64,000 nt of DNA from Spizellomyces punctatus DAOM BR117. Lineage: Eukaryota. Each line of letters opens with the position of its first letter. Positions within the stretch are counted from its first letter, which is position 1. This document shows, in pieces, positions 61,555-64,000 of this stretch. Under the pieces are notes generated by a model, which had not been told where the DNA came from, did not search any database, and saw only the letters and a program-made list of their open reading frames with translations. The DNA lies in assembly GCA_000182565.2 (NCBI GenBank), contig KQ257471.1. One strand, 5' to 3'. The translations under genes were made by a program, and so were the position numbers.

Positions 61555-63452
61555 TCAACTTTCAACAGGTGCTCCTTCTCTATCGAGTGAGTCCAGAAAA
61601 TCTTCCAGCCGTGGCACCCCTGCGATCCCCCCAGCTCCCTCAACCTGTCCATTTTTAATCTTTAAAGAACACGGACTTTCTTTTCCAGGCTCGCCCGCTT
61701 TCAAATGACGTCGTAGGGCATCGCTTCGTGCAAATGCCTTATGGCAGGCTATACACATGTACGGTTTGAGGCCCCTGTGTTGTTGGAACATAGTTTGTTA
61801 GTAAAGTTGCATATATAGCAACGAACGATCCTATATTGCGTACGTACTCGTGTAGTTTAGAATGTCGTTTTAGATCGTGTTTACGAGAAAATGTTGCGGG
61901 ACAGTGCTCGCACACAAATGGTCTTTCGCCCGTATGTGATCGGTAGTGGGATTTTAGATTGTACGGGCGCGTGAATGCTATGGTTGTAGAGCATCAAATT
62001 TAATGCAAGCATTTCAATGCACACCACTTGGTCAGATAGCACGTACTCTTTCCACAATCTGGGTAAGGACACTGGTACAAGGTTTGTCGCTGCGTTTTGA
62101 CTGCCATCTGCGACGGCTTTGGTAATGGCGGCATGTCTGGGTTGGGAGGTACCGGCGACCCTCGTCGCTCGGGTGGCGGCGACGGTACCTCGAGTTCCTC
62201 TCGCTTGACTTGTTCCTGTAAAAGGGACGATGACGAGGGCGTCGTCGATAGAGTGGTCGACGTAGTCTTCGAGGAAAGGATGTAACCGGCTTCAGATGAT
62301 GGATCATACTGATCCGGAGGTGTAGGGTGGCCCAATAAGACAGACTGCCCAAATTGCTGTTGCAACAGAGTGGTTCGTTGATCGGTTTGAGGAAACTGGG
62401 GTGATACGCCTTGCTCGTACTTTTGAAATTCCGACATTAGGTCATCAAACGAGATTGATCGATGAAGATCAGTTTGGGCCACTGGATTTTCTTCCACATT
62501 TCCAAACATCGAGTCTGACCCCAACCCTGTCCCATTGTAATCCAGAAACTGTGTAATAGCAGTAGCAGGAAGCTCGATATTATTGGGGGTTGGATATGGT
62601 GATATTGAGTACGCCGAATGAGGTGAGTAGGAAGGACCCGGGGCGGGCGATGTGGAAGGGGATGGAATTGCGTGAATCATAGGAGATGTCAATTGGACGA
62701 TATTCGTAAACCTGTACCAAATTTGGTAAGTACCATCATCTTGCTACTTCTAGCAAGTCCTTAACTTACTGCGGATCATACTGCGATGGAGTCAAATAAC
62801 CATCGTCGCTTGCATCGTCACCTAGTGTCAAATCTTCGAACCCGCTTAAAGAACTTGCACTGGAACGTCTCGATTGTCGGGAAGGAACTTCCAGAAAAGG
62901 CGCACTCAAATTGATGCTTGGATACTGCTGGTGTCCAAAATCGACAGGTCCCATGAACGGCGATGGCGCACCAGAAGAAACCGAAATGGAGTCGTTATCC
63001 GATTCGCTGTACACTGACGACCTCTCCTCGCGATCATGCCACTGGGGGTACTGATATGATGTGTTCTCAAAGTTCACCGTGAGTTGTGGTACAGAGGCAT
63101 AGAGACCGTTCTCTGGTGAGGAAGGATATTTGTTTTGGCCTAATGCTGGCATGGATCCGAAGAGGGGCGTACCCATGCCGTTTGTGTCCGAATCGGAAAG
63201 CACTACCTGAGGCGTCGGCGTCACCATTGTGATATCAGAGCCCATATCTGCATATGCTATTTCGCTTTCTTCCGAACCAAGAATTGCCGCCAGAGCTTGG
63301 TCCAGGCTCTCGGAAGTGAGTTGGTGTGGTTGTTGCTCCTGTCGTTGTTGAGGGGAGCTCTTCAACATATCTTGTGCATACTGGAAGTCTTGAGGCTCAT
63401 CCGCTTGTTCGGGTGGAAGTCCATACACATCATTGCGTGAAGAGGTCATCAT
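61555..63452 (-). CDS. CRZ1: Crz1-like calcineurin-responsive C2H2 transcription factor
   Basis: Spliced fingers [51 protein letters not shown]...[17 protein letters not shown]; Ser-rich region; PxIxIT-like motifs PQVVLS, PQLTVN, PSINLS. Orthology is inferred. Confidence 0.75.
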
Positions 63453-64000
63453 ATCTTACGGAATGAACTGCGACGGAATGAGCAAGTAGCCGGCTAGATT
63501 GTTTTATGTGCGGTTGATACGAGACCACTAAGAGGATAGCCAAACCGCATCAGTTTTCACGCCATTTCTATGGGGTATTGTCAATCTTTCGTCTTCCTTA
63601 CCTTTAAAGGTTAGCGGCAAGTGCTTTCCTGCGTACGGTGTGAACCAGATTCAGCTTCCTCCGCCAAAACCGCTGTCCGCTCACATTACCCCGGAGCTGT
63701 TTCACCAAGAGACATATCACGTGAATAATCATGTGCTGATTATGCAATGTCGGACTTTCAGGCGGATGTTCTACGGATACGATCCTTTGAACTGCCTGGA
63801 TCAATCCAACCTGAGCCGTGTGGCCGGGTGTATATGGAATGGGCATGAGCCTGGATAGAATATTTTAAGTAACTGGATATTTTAAATAGCTCACGTATGA
63901 ACATATTATCGGTTGATTTGCCACCCATCGAAATACCATGGCCGAATTTTGTTGGTATAATGCGGTATCCACGGATATTTGTAATCCGCAACTCTTGTTG

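Overview
Eukaryotic, intron-rich fungal DNA, probably an early-diverging chytrid-like lineage (inferred from short GT-AG introns with CTAAC/CTGAC branch points and the gene content; not proven). About 20 protein genes can be read: three C2H2 transcription factors (one BrlA/Msn2-like, two Crz1-like), a YAP-type bZIP, kinesin-14, eIF3e, UBLCP1, a GPI-anchored chitin deacetylase, a Vps62-like protein, an SQD2-like GT4 glycosyltransferase, MAPEG, WD40-CCCH, an AVT-type amino acid transporter, a HAL/Npr1-family kinase, and several lineage-specific secreted or membrane proteins. There are seven tRNA genes (3 intron-containing Tyr-GTA, 4 identical Phe-GAA) and one N-gap. The most striking structure is the 749-nt intron 2 of eIF3e (28484-29232, minus strand). 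It holds two identical C/D-box snoRNAs with a SNORD53-like LSU rRNA guide, each enclosed in its own complete internal intron (donor, branch point, acceptor) and separated by a stop-containing pseudo-exon. This looks like an intron-within-intron snoRNA release system, possibly coupled to NMD. Other leads: an output-less TM-sensor-TM-HAMP receptor, an LPMO-like secreted protein lacking His1, a spliced LEA-like 11-mer protein missed by the ORF track, and an RG/GF-rich helical-repeat protein. All exon structures were deduced by eye and all family assignments come from recalled motifs, not database searches.
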